This document shows positions 7,679 through 16,460 of a stretch of 42,167 bases of DNA, piece by piece. The translations under genes and the position numbers were made by a program. The stretch lies in the IMG/VR virus record IMGVR_UViG_3300033067_000811, positions 1 to 42,167 of that record; one strand, 5' to 3'. The notes under the pieces are model-generated. The model searched no databases, had not been told where the DNA came from, and saw nothing but the letters and a program-made list of their open reading frames with translations. The DNA comes from a virus (Duplodnaviria > Caudoviricetes). Position 1 is the stretch's first letter. Every line of letters begins with the position of its first letter.

Positions 7679-7972
7679 ATGCTCCGCGTGTCTGCCCCCC
7701 TCCTTGCCCTGGTGCTCGCCGGCTGCACGGCGGCGCCCCCGGCCGCTCCGGTGGTCGCGGATTTCAACGGCGACTCGGTGAAGATCAACGTGGCATGCAA
7801 TGGTGGGAATTCCTGCACGCACCCCCGGCCCGAGGATGACGCCGAGGCGAATCGGATTTGCTCGACGCGCGGGCGGAAGGCGCAATATGCATCGAGCAAG
7901 ACGGCGAACGAGATCGATCCGGTGCTCGGGATTACCCTCTACCACTACGAACACCTCTTTCTCTGTGTCTGA
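7679..7972 (+). CDS. Lipoprotein (candidate superinfection exclusion)
   Basis: Signal peptide with lipobox LAGC, four further Cys, GAGG SD, located in the cI transcription unit. Confidence 0.8.
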   Translation: MLRVSAPLLALVLAGCTAAPPAAPVVADFNGDSVKINVACNGGNSCTHPRPEDDAEANRICSTRGRKAQYASSKTANEIDPVLGITLYHYEHLFLCV

Positions 7973-8046
7973 TCTCCCTCTCCGCTGAGAATTAAATCGG
8001 CGGCCAGCGCAACCACAGGCGCGCGCAAGTGTGCGCTTGTGTTTCT

Positions 8047-8101
8047 ATGTTCGATTTTCGCACTTTTGTTCTTGACGGCGTTCGTGCGTTTATCGTACAT
8101 T
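8047..8101 (+). promoter_or_regulatory. OL/PL-like promoter with two operators
   Basis: GTTCGATTTTCGCAC 8049-8063, GTGCGTTTATCGTAC 8084-8098, TTGACG 8072-8077, TACATT 8096-8101. Confidence 0.8.
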
Positions 8102-8138
8102 CTCCCTTGTTCAAAATTCGCAACAAGGGAGGCCCCGC

Positions 8139-8390
8139 ATGGGCTCACGCATCATAGTAACTGGCCGGAATGACGCATTCCCCAAGACGGTCTCGATGCC
8201 GATGGGGGTTGGCGTTGACGGCGCGGTTTTCACCCGCCCGATGCAGATCAGGGCCACCGAGGCGAAATGCAAGCGCTGCGACGGGTGGGGCTCGATCGAT
8301 GTGGCGGGCCCGACGCCGTGGAGCGTGGGGAGGTCTGCCCCCTGCCCCGACTGCGACGGCAACGGCATCGTTTCGACGGAGGCCGCATAA
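8139..8390 (+). CDS. Hypothetical protein with DnaJ-type Zn-finger motifs
   Basis: CKRCDGWG and CPDCDGNG. Strong SD GGGAGG. Confidence 0.75.
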   Translation: MGSRIIVTGRNDAFPKTVSMPMGVGVDGAVFTRPMQIRATEAKCKRCDGWGSIDVAGPTPWSVGRSAPCPDCDGNGIVSTEAA

Positions 8391-8626
8391 TGTCCCGCCT
8401 CTATCGCTCCTCCTACTACCTTGGGGAAGCCTCGCGCCTCCTCGCCCGCGCCGAAGGCAAGCGGTGCGCCGAACGTGAAGGGCTCATTTGGGAAATCGAT
8501 GATGCCTTGAAGCTCATCGCCGCCGCCGCCGATGAACTCGGCTACACCTTCACCAAGAAGCCCGAGCCCGCCGCCCCGGCCCCCGATGTCGAGGCCCCCG
8601 CCGCTCCGGTCGAGGAGGCTGCATAA
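8390..8626 (+). CDS. Hypothetical protein
   Basis: TAATG coupling at both ends, GGAGG SD. Confidence 0.7.
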   Translation: MSRLYRSSYYLGEASRLLARAEGKRCAEREGLIWEIDDALKLIAAAADELGYTFTKKPEPAAPAPDVEAPAAPVEEAA

Positions 8627-9135
8627 TGGCCGACATCGACCACATGCTCCACACCGCCACCACCACGGCCGACGTGCTCAAGGCTCAACTCCGCGAGATC
8701 GTGGGCGAGGATGATGTTGACCTTTTCCACGACACGATCGAGGGCGAGATTGACCTCAACGGGCTTCTCGCAATGGCGGCGGAACAGAACGTCACCGATG
8801 GCGCGATGGCCGATGGCATTTCCGAGTTGATCGACAAGCTCGTGGGCCGCCGCGATCGCATCAAGAAGCGCATTGACATGCGCCGGGCCGCGATGCTGGC
8901 CGCCATGACGGCGGGCGAGATCAGGAAGCTCGAAACTCCCGCCGGCACGCTCTCGCGCAAGGCGGTGCCGCCATCGGCCTTGATCCTCAACGAGGCGGAA
9001 ATCCCCGCCGACTACTGGAAGCCCTCCGATCCCAAGCTCGACAAGCGCGCGGTGCTGGAAGCCCTCAAGGCCGGCACGCCGGTGCCTGGGGCTATGCTTT
9101 CCAACGGGGGCGAAGCCCTTTCGGTGCGCACATGA
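8626..9135 (+). CDS. Siphovirus Gp157-family protein
   Basis: DTIEGE, coiled coil, IPADYWK...KLDKRAVLEALKAG..VPGA C-terminus. Next to the recombinase. Confidence 0.85.
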   Translation: MADIDHMLHTATTTADVLKAQLREIVGEDDVDLFHDTIEGEIDLNGLLAMAAEQNVTDGAMADGISELIDKLVGRRDRIKKRIDMRRAAMLAAMTAGEIRKLETPAGTLSRKAVPPSALILNEAEIPADYWKPSDPKLDKRAVLEALKAGTPVPGAMLSNGGEALSVRT

Positions 9136-10055
9136 GCAACATCGTGGCCCTCACCGATGCATTCCGCCCGGCGCAAGTCCAGTTGATCCAGCGGATGAAC
9201 CCGGACTGTAACGCAACCGAATTCGATCAATTCCTGCACGTTGCCGCGCAACTCCGCCTCGATCCCCTGCGGAAGCAAATCTATGCTTTCGTGTTTAACA
9301 AGGACAAGCCCGACAAGCGCCGCATGTCGATCGTGGTGGGGATCGACGGTTTCCGTTCGGTGGCCAAGCGTTCGGGCGAATATCGCCCCGACTCCCGCGC
9401 GCCGCGCTTCACCTATGACCCCGAGGAGATCAACGAGGCCACCAACCCCTTGGGGCTCGTCTCGTGCGAGGTCTCGGCCTTCCAATATGCGCATGGCGAG
9501 TGGCACGAGGTTGCCGCCGTGGCCTACTGGTCGGAATTCGCGCCGATCGTGGACGGTGGCAAATGGTCCACCGATGACGAGACCGGCCGCCGGGTGTTCA
9601 AGAAGGATGGCACGTCGGTGCTCGATCCGAACAAGGACAACTGGCGCAAGATGCCGCGCGTGATGCTGGCGAAATGCGCCGAGGCACAGGCGATCCGCCG
9701 GGCGTGGCCGGATGACCTCTCGGCCATCTATGCCGATGAGGAGCTTGACCGGGCGCGCACGCTCGACCTCACCGCCACCGAGATCGCGGAGAAGGCCGCC
9801 GTTGAAAACCGCCTCGCCCTCATCGGCGGCGCCGATGCCATCATGTTCGACATGGGCGACGGGTTGGAGCGCATCCCGCTCGGCAAGGCCGCCGACATGA
9901 TCCTCGCCCGCTTCCGCACCATGGAGCCGCACGAGGTGTTGCAATGGCGGAACGTCAACAAGGTGACGTTCAATGAATTTTGGGCGCGCAACAAGACCGA
10001 CGCCCTTGCGGTGAAGCGCGAGATTGAGCGGATCGAGAAGGGGATTGAGGCATGA
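9132..10055 (+). CDS. bet: Single-strand annealing recombinase (Bet/RecT family)
   Basis: EFDQFL...LDPLRKQIY, GIDGFRSVA.RSG.Y, W.KMPRVMLAKCAEAQAIRRAWP. Confidence 0.92.
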   Translation: MSNIVALTDAFRPAQVQLIQRMNPDCNATEFDQFLHVAAQLRLDPLRKQIYAFVFNKDKPDKRRMSIVVGIDGFRSVAKRSGEYRPDSRAPRFTYDPEEINEATNPLGLVSCEVSAFQYAHGEWHEVAAVAYWSEFAPIVDGGKWSTDDETGRRVFKKDGTSVLDPNKDNWRKMPRVMLAKCAEAQAIRRAWPDDLSAIYADEELDRARTLDLTATEIAEKAAVENRLALIGGADAIMFDMGDGLERIPLGKAADMILARFRTMEPHEVLQWRNVNKVTFNEFWARNKTDALAVKREIERIEKGIEA

Positions 10056-10255
10056 CCTACGCCCTTGTGTCCCTGTTCCTCGCCACCGGGGAAATGTATT
10101 TCGAGCGATCCGGCCTCACCTTGCAGGAATGCGCCGGGCAAGCGGCCAAGCTCCGCCAGGAGTCGAAGGCGGTTGCCGCGGCGATCGCGCCCACCAAGGG
10201 CGAGGTGCGCTATTACTGCCTCCCCGAGGCTCAGTCGGCGGGGTGGTGGCAATGA
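10052..10255 (+). CDS. Hypothetical protein
   Basis: ATGA-coupled 67-aa ORF with a Cys pair. Confidence 0.65.
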   Translation: MTYALVSLFLATGEMYFERSGLTLQECAGQAAKLRQESKAVAAAIAPTKGEVRYYCLPEAQSAGWWQ

Positions 10256-10686
10256 CACAGGCCCCCCATTGCCCCGAGTGTGGCGCGCTCCTCGATGATC
10301 CGAAGGACCATTCCGACGCGATGCGCCGACGCTTCTTTGCCATCGTGCGCGAGGCGTGGGGAACACTCCCCGATGCCCAACGCCCCCGCTTCCCCAATAG
10401 CGAGGTGCTGCGCAAAACCGCCCTGTGCCGGATCGGGTGGGCAGAATGCAAGGTGGTGACGTGCGGCTCCAACAAAGCGGCGCAAGAGGTCGCCCTCCTC
10501 GCCGCGCACCTCGACCGCTACGCCATCGTGGACATCACCGGCACCGTGGTCTCGGTGTTCACGGCGCGCTCGATGAGCAAGAGGCATTGCCCGAAAAAGA
10601 CGTTCCTTGAGGTCTCCGAGAAGGCCCTCGATTGGATTTCGCAATTGCTCGGCACCGATGCCGCTTCGCTTGGAAAGGCCGCCTAA
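10252..10686 (+). CDS. Hypothetical protein (NinB-like position)
   Basis: CPECG; RRRFFAIVREAW..LP; SEVLRK; ATGA coupling. Confidence 0.65.
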   Translation: MTQAPHCPECGALLDDPKDHSDAMRRRFFAIVREAWGTLPDAQRPRFPNSEVLRKTALCRIGWAECKVVTCGSNKAAQEVALLAAHLDRYAIVDITGTVVSVFTARSMSKRHCPKKTFLEVSEKALDWISQLLGTDAASLGKAA

Positions 10687-11165
10687 TGGGCAAGATCAAC
10701 ACCCCCGAGTCGCGCGCCAAATCCGCCGAGCGGTTGCGCGCACAGAAGGCCAACCCCGAGTTTGAGGCGAAGCGCCTTGCTGCCATCAAGGCCGCCGCCG
10801 AGCGCGGGGTGTTCAAGAAGCAGAATACGGAGAACAACAAGAAGGCGTGGGGCGATCCCACCAAGAGGGCCATTCGTTTGCGGGCGATCCGCGAGTCCTA
10901 TGATGACGAGAAGCGCGAGGCCGCACGCCAGCGGTGGGCCAAGCTCCGCGCCGATCCGGTGTTTGAGGCAAAGCGCCTCGCCGCCCTGGCGAAGGTGCAA
11001 GAGCGGAACACTCTCAGGCTCACGGCGATGGCGATCGCCACCCATCGCAAGCGCCGGGGTTTCGACATCCCGCACCACCTCAAGGCGGAATATGTTTTCT
11101 TGCGGAAGCGGAAGCACCTTTCAGCGCGCGAGGCGGGCCTCGTGCTCGGGCTGGTGCGGCCATGA
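10686..11165 (+). CDS. Basic helical protein with internal repeat
   Basis: PEFEAKRLAA and PVFEAKRLAA repeats, TAATG coupling. Confidence 0.65.
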   Translation: MGKINTPESRAKSAERLRAQKANPEFEAKRLAAIKAAAERGVFKKQNTENNKKAWGDPTKRAIRLRAIRESYDDEKREAARQRWAKLRADPVFEAKRLAALAKVQERNTLRLTAMAIATHRKRRGFDIPHHLKAEYVFLRKRKHLSAREAGLVLGLVRP

Positions 11166-11383
11166 TGATGATGCCCGCTCACTTCTTTGATGAGAACGCC
11201 AAGCGCGGGCGGCCCTGCAAGTATGAGGTGCGCCACCTCGCGGTTGGCGAGAGCGCATACTTCCCCGAGGCGGATAGCCGGAAGGTCGGCAACGCCGTGC
11301 GGAACAAGAAGCCGATGCGCTTCCGGTGTCGCCGCATCTGGAAAGATGGCCTCCCCCAAATCAAGGTTACGAGGATTGCATGA
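11162..11383 (+). CDS. Small basic hypothetical protein
   Basis: RGRPCKY...LAVGESAYFP...VTRIA. Coupled stops and starts. Confidence 0.65.
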   Translation: MMMMPAHFFDENAKRGRPCKYEVRHLAVGESAYFPEADSRKVGNAVRNKKPMRFRCRRIWKDGLPQIKVTRIA

Positions 11384-11703
11384 GTCTCGCACATTCAACC
11401 GATGGCACCGTGCCGGCCTATCCCCTTGGCCTCCCCGCCGACGGCCGCCGCCGCCACTCGATGACGCCGGCGATGGCGCGCACCTATCGGTGGCTCGTCC
11501 TCAACCGCCCGCACGAGGGGGAATTCCTGTTGCGATTCCGCGATGCCGCCGCGTGGATCGGCTGCAACACCTCGACGGTGCACCCTATCGTGGTCGAGCT
11601 TGAGGAGCGCGGCTGGCTCCGCCGGGTGAACCATGACGGCACAAAGGCCCGCTATGCATTCGTGCACCCGGTGAAGCTGTTTCGGGAGGCAACCCATGGC
11701 TAA
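11380..11703 (+). CDS. Winged-HTH protein
   Basis: FRDAAAWIGCNTSTVHPIVVELEERGWLRR. Confidence 0.7.
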   Translation: MSLAHSTDGTVPAYPLGLPADGRRRHSMTPAMARTYRWLVLNRPHEGEFLLRFRDAAAWIGCNTSTVHPIVVELEERGWLRRVNHDGTKARYAFVHPVKLFREATHG

Positions 11704-11887
11704 GGCTGACATTGAGGACCTCGCGCATTCCGTTGTCGTGGCGGCTCAAAAGGAAATTGAACAGCTAATTAAACAAGCCCGCGCCAATGCTCTAGCGGAG
11801 GTGGCGGCATATTTTACCAAAGAGGGGATGCCATATTCGGCGCAATTGGTGTTGAATTTGGCAGATAGGGGCGCGGCCCATGCCTGA
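11696..11887 (+). CDS. Hypothetical protein (AT-richer)
   Basis: GGGAGG SD and overlaps with both neighbours. Confidence 0.6.
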   Translation: MAKADIEDLAHSVVVAAQKEIEQLIKQARANALAEVAAYFTKEGMPYSAQLVLNLADRGAAHA

Positions 11888-12260
11888 TTTCGTGCTCACG
11901 GGCCGCACCGTCGCGGAGTGGATCGGCAAGACGCCCGACTCCCGCCCGCCGCAAAGGGTGCTCGATCGCCTGTTTCTCCGCCAGGGGGGCCGGTGCGCGC
12001 TCTCAGGCCGCAAGATCATGGTGGGCGACATTACCAACGTCGATCACATCATCCCCCTCAAGGACGGCGGCGAGAACAGGGAGAGCAATTTTCAACTCGT
12101 GCTCGCGGATGCGCACCGCAAGAAAACCACCGCCGAGAACACCGCCCGCGCCAAAGAGCGCCGGATGCGCCTCAAGCATGCCGGCCTCTGGCCGAAATCA
12201 TCCCGCCCGCTCAAGGGCCGCGGATTCCCGAAACCCCATGGAGGTCACGCCGATGAATGA
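11880..12260 (+). CDS. HNH endonuclease
   Basis: VDHIIPLKDGGENRESNFQLV...HRKKT. Confidence 0.88.
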   Translation: MPDFVLTGRTVAEWIGKTPDSRPPQRVLDRLFLRQGGRCALSGRKIMVGDITNVDHIIPLKDGGENRESNFQLVLADAHRKKTTAENTARAKERRMRLKHAGLWPKSSRPLKGRGFPKPHGGHADE

Positions 12261-12456
12261 TGCCGTGCTTTGGATGTTGCTTGCCGCCGCCATCATCGTG
12301 GCGCTTCTGGCCGAGTTTTGCGCGTGGCACCTGTTCAAGGCCGCCGAGCGCCGGGATGATTTCGACGGCGGTTTCCGCCACGAGAATGAGCCGGTGCGCG
12401 TCACCCCCGTGCGCGCCCCCTTCATCGTTTCAGCAAAAGGTGAACTCAATGACTGA
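12253..12456 (+). CDS. Small membrane protein
   Basis: GGAGG SD, N-terminal hydrophobic helix. Confidence 0.6.
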   Translation: MNDAVLWMLLAAAIIVALLAEFCAWHLFKAAERRDDFDGGFRHENEPVRVTPVRAPFIVSAKGELND

Positions 12457-12859
12457 TACAGAGAATGAAACGCTGCCGCTTCACGGCACGGTTGCAGGCG
12501 TGATTGGAGATAGTGCGGGGTGGGCCTGGTACGTGGGAAAATGGCGCATTTGTCAAATCGCATGGAGCGAGGAAGACAATGCCCATGTGCTTATTATGAT
12601 GATTGGAGAGCACACCGAGATTTTCTTGGTTGATGAGGTTGGCGAGCTTCCATGGATGCCTATCCACATGCCTCCTTATGAGGGCGACGAGGAACCATGC
12701 ACCCACATTGTCACGATTATGGACAACCGGGCCTCATGCACGTTTGCTTGGAGCATGAATAAATCGGATGGCAAGAGCACTGTCCAGAAAATCACCAGAT
12801 ACATCGACGCAATGTTGCGCGACACCAACGCCCCAAGTTCATTCGGTGGCCAGCAATGA
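12449..12859 (+). CDS. Hypothetical protein (AT-richer)
   Basis: Open 136 aa, overlaps both neighbours. Confidence 0.6.
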   Translation: MTDTENETLPLHGTVAGVIGDSAGWAWYVGKWRICQIAWSEEDNAHVLIMMIGEHTEIFLVDEVGELPWMPIHMPPYEGDEEPCTHIVTIMDNRASCTFAWSMNKSDGKSTVQKITRYIDAMLRDTNAPSSFGGQQ

Positions 12860-12993
12860 ACCTCGCCCGCCTCCTCGCATGGCTCATTCCGTCGGCCTTC
12901 CGCCGCCGGGAGGAGCCCCCCACCGAGCCGACGATCCCTGAAATGAAGATCGCCCGGCGCATTCGCCTCGATGAAATCTATTGGGAGATTTAG
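12856..12993 (+). CDS. Small hypothetical protein (45 aa, not in ORF track)
   Basis: ATGA-coupled MNLARLLAWLIPSAF...YWEI; fills the gap in the operon. Confidence 0.55.
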   Translation: MNLARLLAWLIPSAFRRREEPPTEPTIPEMKIARRIRLDEIYWEI

Positions 12994-12996
12994 ACC

Positions 12997-13299
12997 ATGT
13001 TGACACGATTTGCCGCCGTGCTTGCCGAGGAACAGCGCGAGGGGAACCTCCAGGCGGAGGAATTCATCGCGCGCATTGACTCGCACATCCGCGACCTCGA
13101 AACGCTCAAGGCGTGGGTGATCGACTCCGCCCGCGTGCGCTCCAACGCCATCGGCAATATCATCGGTGACGAGGCCCCGGCGCCGGCCGCCGAGGGCGCG
13201 CCAGCCTCCATGCTTGAGCCGGATGCGGAACACATCCACGCCCTTGGCGAGACCCTTGACGCCGCCGAGGCGGCCGACAAGGCGAAGGTGGCGGCATGA
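12997..13299 (+). CDS. Hypothetical protein
   Basis: GGGAG SD, ATGA coupling to the next gene. Confidence 0.65.
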   Translation: MLTRFAAVLAEEQREGNLQAEEFIARIDSHIRDLETLKAWVIDSARVRSNAIGNIIGDEAPAPAAEGAPASMLEPDAEHIHALGETLDAAEAADKAKVAA

Positions 13300-13604
13300 G
13301 CAAGACCAGGACCACGGTGGCACATGGCCAGTTGAAATCCCTTGTCGAGCGCATTGAACATTTGGAGGCCGACAAGGCGGCGATCGCCGGCGACATCAAG
13401 GAAGTGTACGCCGAGGCCAAGGCCAACGGATTCGACACGAAGATTTTGCGCAAGGTGATCTCCCTGCGCAAGAAGGAAGCGGCCGAGCGGGCGGAGGAGG
13501 AGGCAATGCTCGATGTTTACCTCGCCGCCTTGGGCATGCTCGCTGATTTGCCGCTTGGCAAGGCGGCGCTCGCCCGCGAGGGCTTGGCGGAGGCTGCGGC
13601 ATGA
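13296..13604 (+). CDS. gapR: GapR/DUF2312 (UPF0335) nucleoid-associated protein homolog
   Basis: [46 protein letters not shown]...[10 protein letters not shown]. Confidence 0.93.
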   Translation: MSKTRTTVAHGQLKSLVERIEHLEADKAAIAGDIKEVYAEAKANGFDTKILRKVISLRKKEAAERAEEEAMLDVYLAALGMLADLPLGKAALAREGLAEAAA

Positions 13605-13780
13605 CGGAGTCGGCCTTCATCGTCTACCTTTGGGCCATGGGGGGCCTCATCATCGGGGCCATCTTCCGGCGTGACATGGCGGCGGGGTGGCCCCTCACCC
13701 TCGTTGTGATGTTCACATGGTGGGCCGCGCTGCCGGCGGGGCTCATCGTGGGAGCCTTTGCACACGCGAGGAAGAAATGA
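13601..13780 (+). CDS. Two-TM small membrane protein (59 aa, not in ORF track)
   Basis: [19 protein letters not shown]...[24 protein letters not shown], with ATGA coupling at both ends. Confidence 0.65.
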   Translation: MTESAFIVYLWAMGGLIIGAIFRRDMAAGWPLTLVVMFTWWAALPAGLIVGAFAHARKK

Positions 13781-14370
13781 GCGAAAGGCCCATCATCTTC
13801 TCGGCTCCGATGATCCGCGCCTTGCTCGACGGCCGCAAGACCATGACGCGGCGCATCCTCAAGCCGCAACCGGAACTCAATAGCGCCGGGCTTTGGGTGT
13901 TCCCGCCAAAATGGACGGCGGCAGCATTCGTGAAATGGGGGCAAGCCGCACAAACGGACGAAGATGGATTGAGGCTGCTGTTCGAGTCCGAAAAGGCGAA
14001 GGCCGCGCTCCCCTACGCCGTTGGCGACTCCCTATGGGTGCGGGAGGCGTGGCGCACTACCAATCCTGTGAGTTATGAGGCGGACTATAATCGCGAACCG
14101 AATGATGGGTGTCGGGGCCGCCTTCGCCCCTCCATCCACATGCCCCGGTGGGCGAGCCGGATCACCCTTGAGGTGACGGCGGTGAAGGTCGAGCGGTTGC
14201 AGAACATGAATCGAGGCGATGCGATGGAGGAGGGCTGTCCTTTCCCGAACATGGCCGCAGGCCCCAATCCGCTCGATTGGTTCCGCGATCTCTGGACCTC
14301 TCTCCACGGCCCCGGCTCATGGGAGGCGAATCCGTGGGTGGCCGCCATTACCTTTGAGAGGGTGCCATGA
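13777..14370 (+). CDS. Conserved phage protein (ASCH/PUA-like)
   Basis: RPIIFSAPMIRALLDGRKTMTRR, GDSLWVREAW, PSIHMPRWASRITLEV, NPWV. Confidence 0.8.
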   Translation: MSERPIIFSAPMIRALLDGRKTMTRRILKPQPELNSAGLWVFPPKWTAAAFVKWGQAAQTDEDGLRLLFESEKAKAALPYAVGDSLWVREAWRTTNPVSYEADYNREPNDGCRGRLRPSIHMPRWASRITLEVTAVKVERLQNMNRGDAMEEGCPFPNMAAGPNPLDWFRDLWTSLHGPGSWEANPWVAAITFERVP

Positions 14371-14750
14371 GCGAGGCCCCCATGCCGCTCGATTTTGCCA
14401 TCCGACGTTTCTTCCCGCATGGTGGAGTGTCCAAGCCACAACTGATTTCCGCGATCCGTCGGGGGGATTTGCGCGCCGAGAAGATCGGCCGCGCCTATCT
14501 CGTCACACCCGGCGCGATCCGCGAATGGAGACGCAAATGCGCCGAAAAATGCCCGCCCGCCTCCGCCTCAAGAACCGCGGCGCCCGAGGCTTCCGATTCG
14601 TCATTGTCGATGGAAGAACGGAAATCGACACTGGCTGCGGCCCTGGCGAGCGTGCGGAAGCTGAAAGGCTCCTCGGAGACTACATCAACGAGACGCGCAA
14701 GATCGACACGAGCACCCGCAACCCCGCTAAGGTTAGTTGCGCCGACGTGA
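14367..14750 (+). CDS. Excisionase-like HTH protein
   Basis: LISAIRRGDLRAEKIGRAYLVTPGAIREW is a MerR/Xis-type winged helix. Directly precedes and overlaps int. Confidence 0.75.
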   Translation: MSEAPMPLDFAIRRFFPHGGVSKPQLISAIRRGDLRAEKIGRAYLVTPGAIREWRRKCAEKCPPASASRTAAPEASDSSLSMEERKSTLAAALASVRKLKGSSETTSTRRARSTRAPATPLRLVAPT

Positions 14751-15583
14751 TCGCCCTCTATCTGAACCACAAGCCCGCCCCGCCGGCGAGTTTCCACGGC
14801 GAACCGCTTCTCGGGTTTTTCGGCCTCAAGACCTTGGGCGACATCAACGGCCAACTCTGCCGGGCCTATGCCGATGAGCGCGGCAAGGCGGTTTCCGCCT
14901 CCACCGTGCGCCGCGAGTTGGGCACGCTACAGGCGGCAATCAATTTCTGGCATGTGGAGTCACCGCTCGATGCCGTGCCCAAGGTGTGGAAGCCCGCCGA
15001 GGGTGCGCCGCGCGATCGCGTGCTCACCCGCCACGAGGCCGCGCGGCTGTTGCGCGAGGCCCGAAAGCTCCGCCTTGGCTATGTCGCCCGCTTCATCCTC
15101 CTCGGCCTCTACACCGGCACGCGCCACGCGACGATCGTGCGCCTCCGGTGGTATGAGTCCGATGACGCCGGGTGGCTCGATCCCGAGCGCGGCATCATCT
15201 ATCGCGCCGGCCGCACCGAGAAGCAGACGAGGAAGCGCCGCGCCGCGGCACGGATGCCCGATCGCCTCCTCGCCCATGTGCGGCGGTGGGCCCGCCTCGA
15301 CCTCGCCCAAGGCCCGCAAATGTCCGTGGTGCGCTACAGGGGCCGCCCGATCACCCGCCAGCAAAGGGGATGGGAGGCGGTGCTCAAGGCCGCCAAGCTC
15401 ACCGACGTGACGCCGCACACCTTGAAGCACACGGCCGCCACATGGCTCCTCCGCGCCGGGATCGACCTATGGGACGTTGCCGGCCTCACGAGCACGAGCA
15501 CCAAGACGTTGGAATCCACCTACGGCCACCATTCACCCGAGTTTCAGAAGGCGAGCGCGAAGGCGTTTCGGAAAAAGGCATGA
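14537..15583 (+). CDS. int: Tyrosine integrase
   Basis: LYTGTR (catalytic R), TPHTLKHTAATW (H-x-x-K variant), YGHH (catalytic Y). GGAG SD before ATG 14537. Confidence 0.93.
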   Translation: MRRKMPARLRLKNRGARGFRFVIVDGRTEIDTGCGPGERAEAERLLGDYINETRKIDTSTRNPAKVSCADVIALYLNHKPAPPASFHGEPLLGFFGLKTLGDINGQLCRAYADERGKAVSASTVRRELGTLQAAINFWHVESPLDAVPKVWKPAEGAPRDRVLTRHEAARLLREARKLRLGYVARFILLGLYTGTRHATIVRLRWYESDDAGWLDPERGIIYRAGRTEKQTRKRRAAARMPDRLLAHVRRWARLDLAQGPQMSVVRYRGRPITRQQRGWEAVLKAAKLTDVTPHTLKHTAATWLLRAGIDLWDVAGLTSTSTKTLESTYGHHSPEFQKASAKAFRKKA

Positions 15584-15999
15584 GCGAAGCGGAGCGGGCA
15601 ACCGTTGACTATTTCACCGATGCAAAGGTGGGGGATCGCGTCTGGTATAAGGCCGGAAATGAGGCGGTGTATGTAGACGGGGAATGGGCCGGCCGGGGCG
15701 CGTGGCACCTCGCCACCGTGACCAAGATCGCGCGGAAATATGTCACCGTCTCCAACGAATACGGGGAACAGGATTTCGAGATCGGCACGGGAATCCCCCG
15801 CATCGTCAACGGCTATATGCCGCCAGATCATGCCTATGGCGAAATCGACAAATGGTTAAGCACGGCGCGGCGCGAGATCGTGCGCGCGGTGGAAACCTCG
15901 CGGAATGAGCGTTCACTGATAGCCGTTGCCAAGGCGCTCGGCATCCCCACCCCGCCCGAAACGCGGCCAATCGCGGCCACGGCAAGCGGAACGGAATAA
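15580..15999 (+). CDS. Hypothetical protein (SH3-like beta barrel)
   Basis: KVGDRVWY...VTKIARKYVTV. ATGA overlap with int. Confidence 0.65.
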   Translation: MSEAERATVDYFTDAKVGDRVWYKAGNEAVYVDGEWAGRGAWHLATVTKIARKYVTVSNEYGEQDFEIGTGIPRIVNGYMPPDHAYGEIDKWLSTARREIVRAVETSRNERSLIAVAKALGIPTPPETRPIAATASGTE

Positions 16000-16025
16000 G
16001 GCGATGTTGATTTTGTTGGGGAAAA

Positions 16026-16072
16026 TGGTGGGTGGTACAGGGATCGAACCTGTGACCCCTACCATGTCAAGG
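16026..16072 (-). mobile_element. attP core matching the 3' half of a tRNA-Val(GAC) gene
   Basis: Reverse complement CCTTGACATGGTAGGGGTCACAGGTTCGATCCCTGTACCACCCACCA contains the GAC anticodon loop, T-arm GTTCGA and CCA end. The 5' half is absent. Confidence 0.9.
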
Positions 16073-16086
16073 CACAACTCGCCACC

Positions 16087-16099
16087 TAACGCATTGATA
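16087..16099 (-). promoter_or_regulatory. IHF binding site in attP
   Basis: TATCAATGCGTTA matches WATCAANNNNTTR exactly. Confidence 0.65.
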
Positions 16100-16220
16100 T
16101 TTCAGATAAACAATGCGTCAAAGTTGCCTAGATGTTCACGAAACACCCCCGTCAAAAGCGGCCAATCGCGGCCATATCGCGGCCACGGGAACGCCCGCAC
16201 CGCTCTCAAGAAGACCGGCA

Positions 16221-16460
16221 ATGAGTGAGTGGAAGCCGATAGAGACGGCACCTACTGACCCAATCGGTGAAGGATGGACACGCGGTCCCCTAATCTATGT
16301 GAAACCAGCTTGGGGTGGATGGGATATTGGGTGGTGGGATTTGCACTGGAAATGTTTTCGCATGACTGGTGACGATGGGGCAGGCGACGAACAGCCCACT
16401 CACTGGATGCCCCTTCCCCCGCCACCAAAGGAGAACAGCGATGAAACTGAACATCAATGA
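16221..16460 (+). CDS. DUF551-like phage protein
   Basis: WKPIETAP.D ... PTHWMPLPPPP. Confidence 0.8.
   Translation: MSEWKPIETAPTDPIGEGWTRGPLIYVKPAWGGWDIGWWDLHWKCFRMTGDDGAGDEQPTHWMPLPPPPKENSDETEHQ

Larger units (their letters stand above)
15963..16188. repeat. Integrase arm-type repeats flanking the attP core
   Basis: GCGGCCAATCGCGGCCA at 15963-15979 and 16158-16174, plus a further ATCGCGGCCA at 16176-16185 (2 + 3 units). Confidence 0.75.

Noticed and set aside
236-12260. Restriction-modification system
   Set aside because: No cognate restriction enzyme is adjacent to any MTase. The small HNH is distant and of the common phage type.
16026-16072. tRNA gene
   Set aside because: Only the anticodon loop to CCA is present, with no D-arm or 5' acceptor strand. 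It is an attP core.
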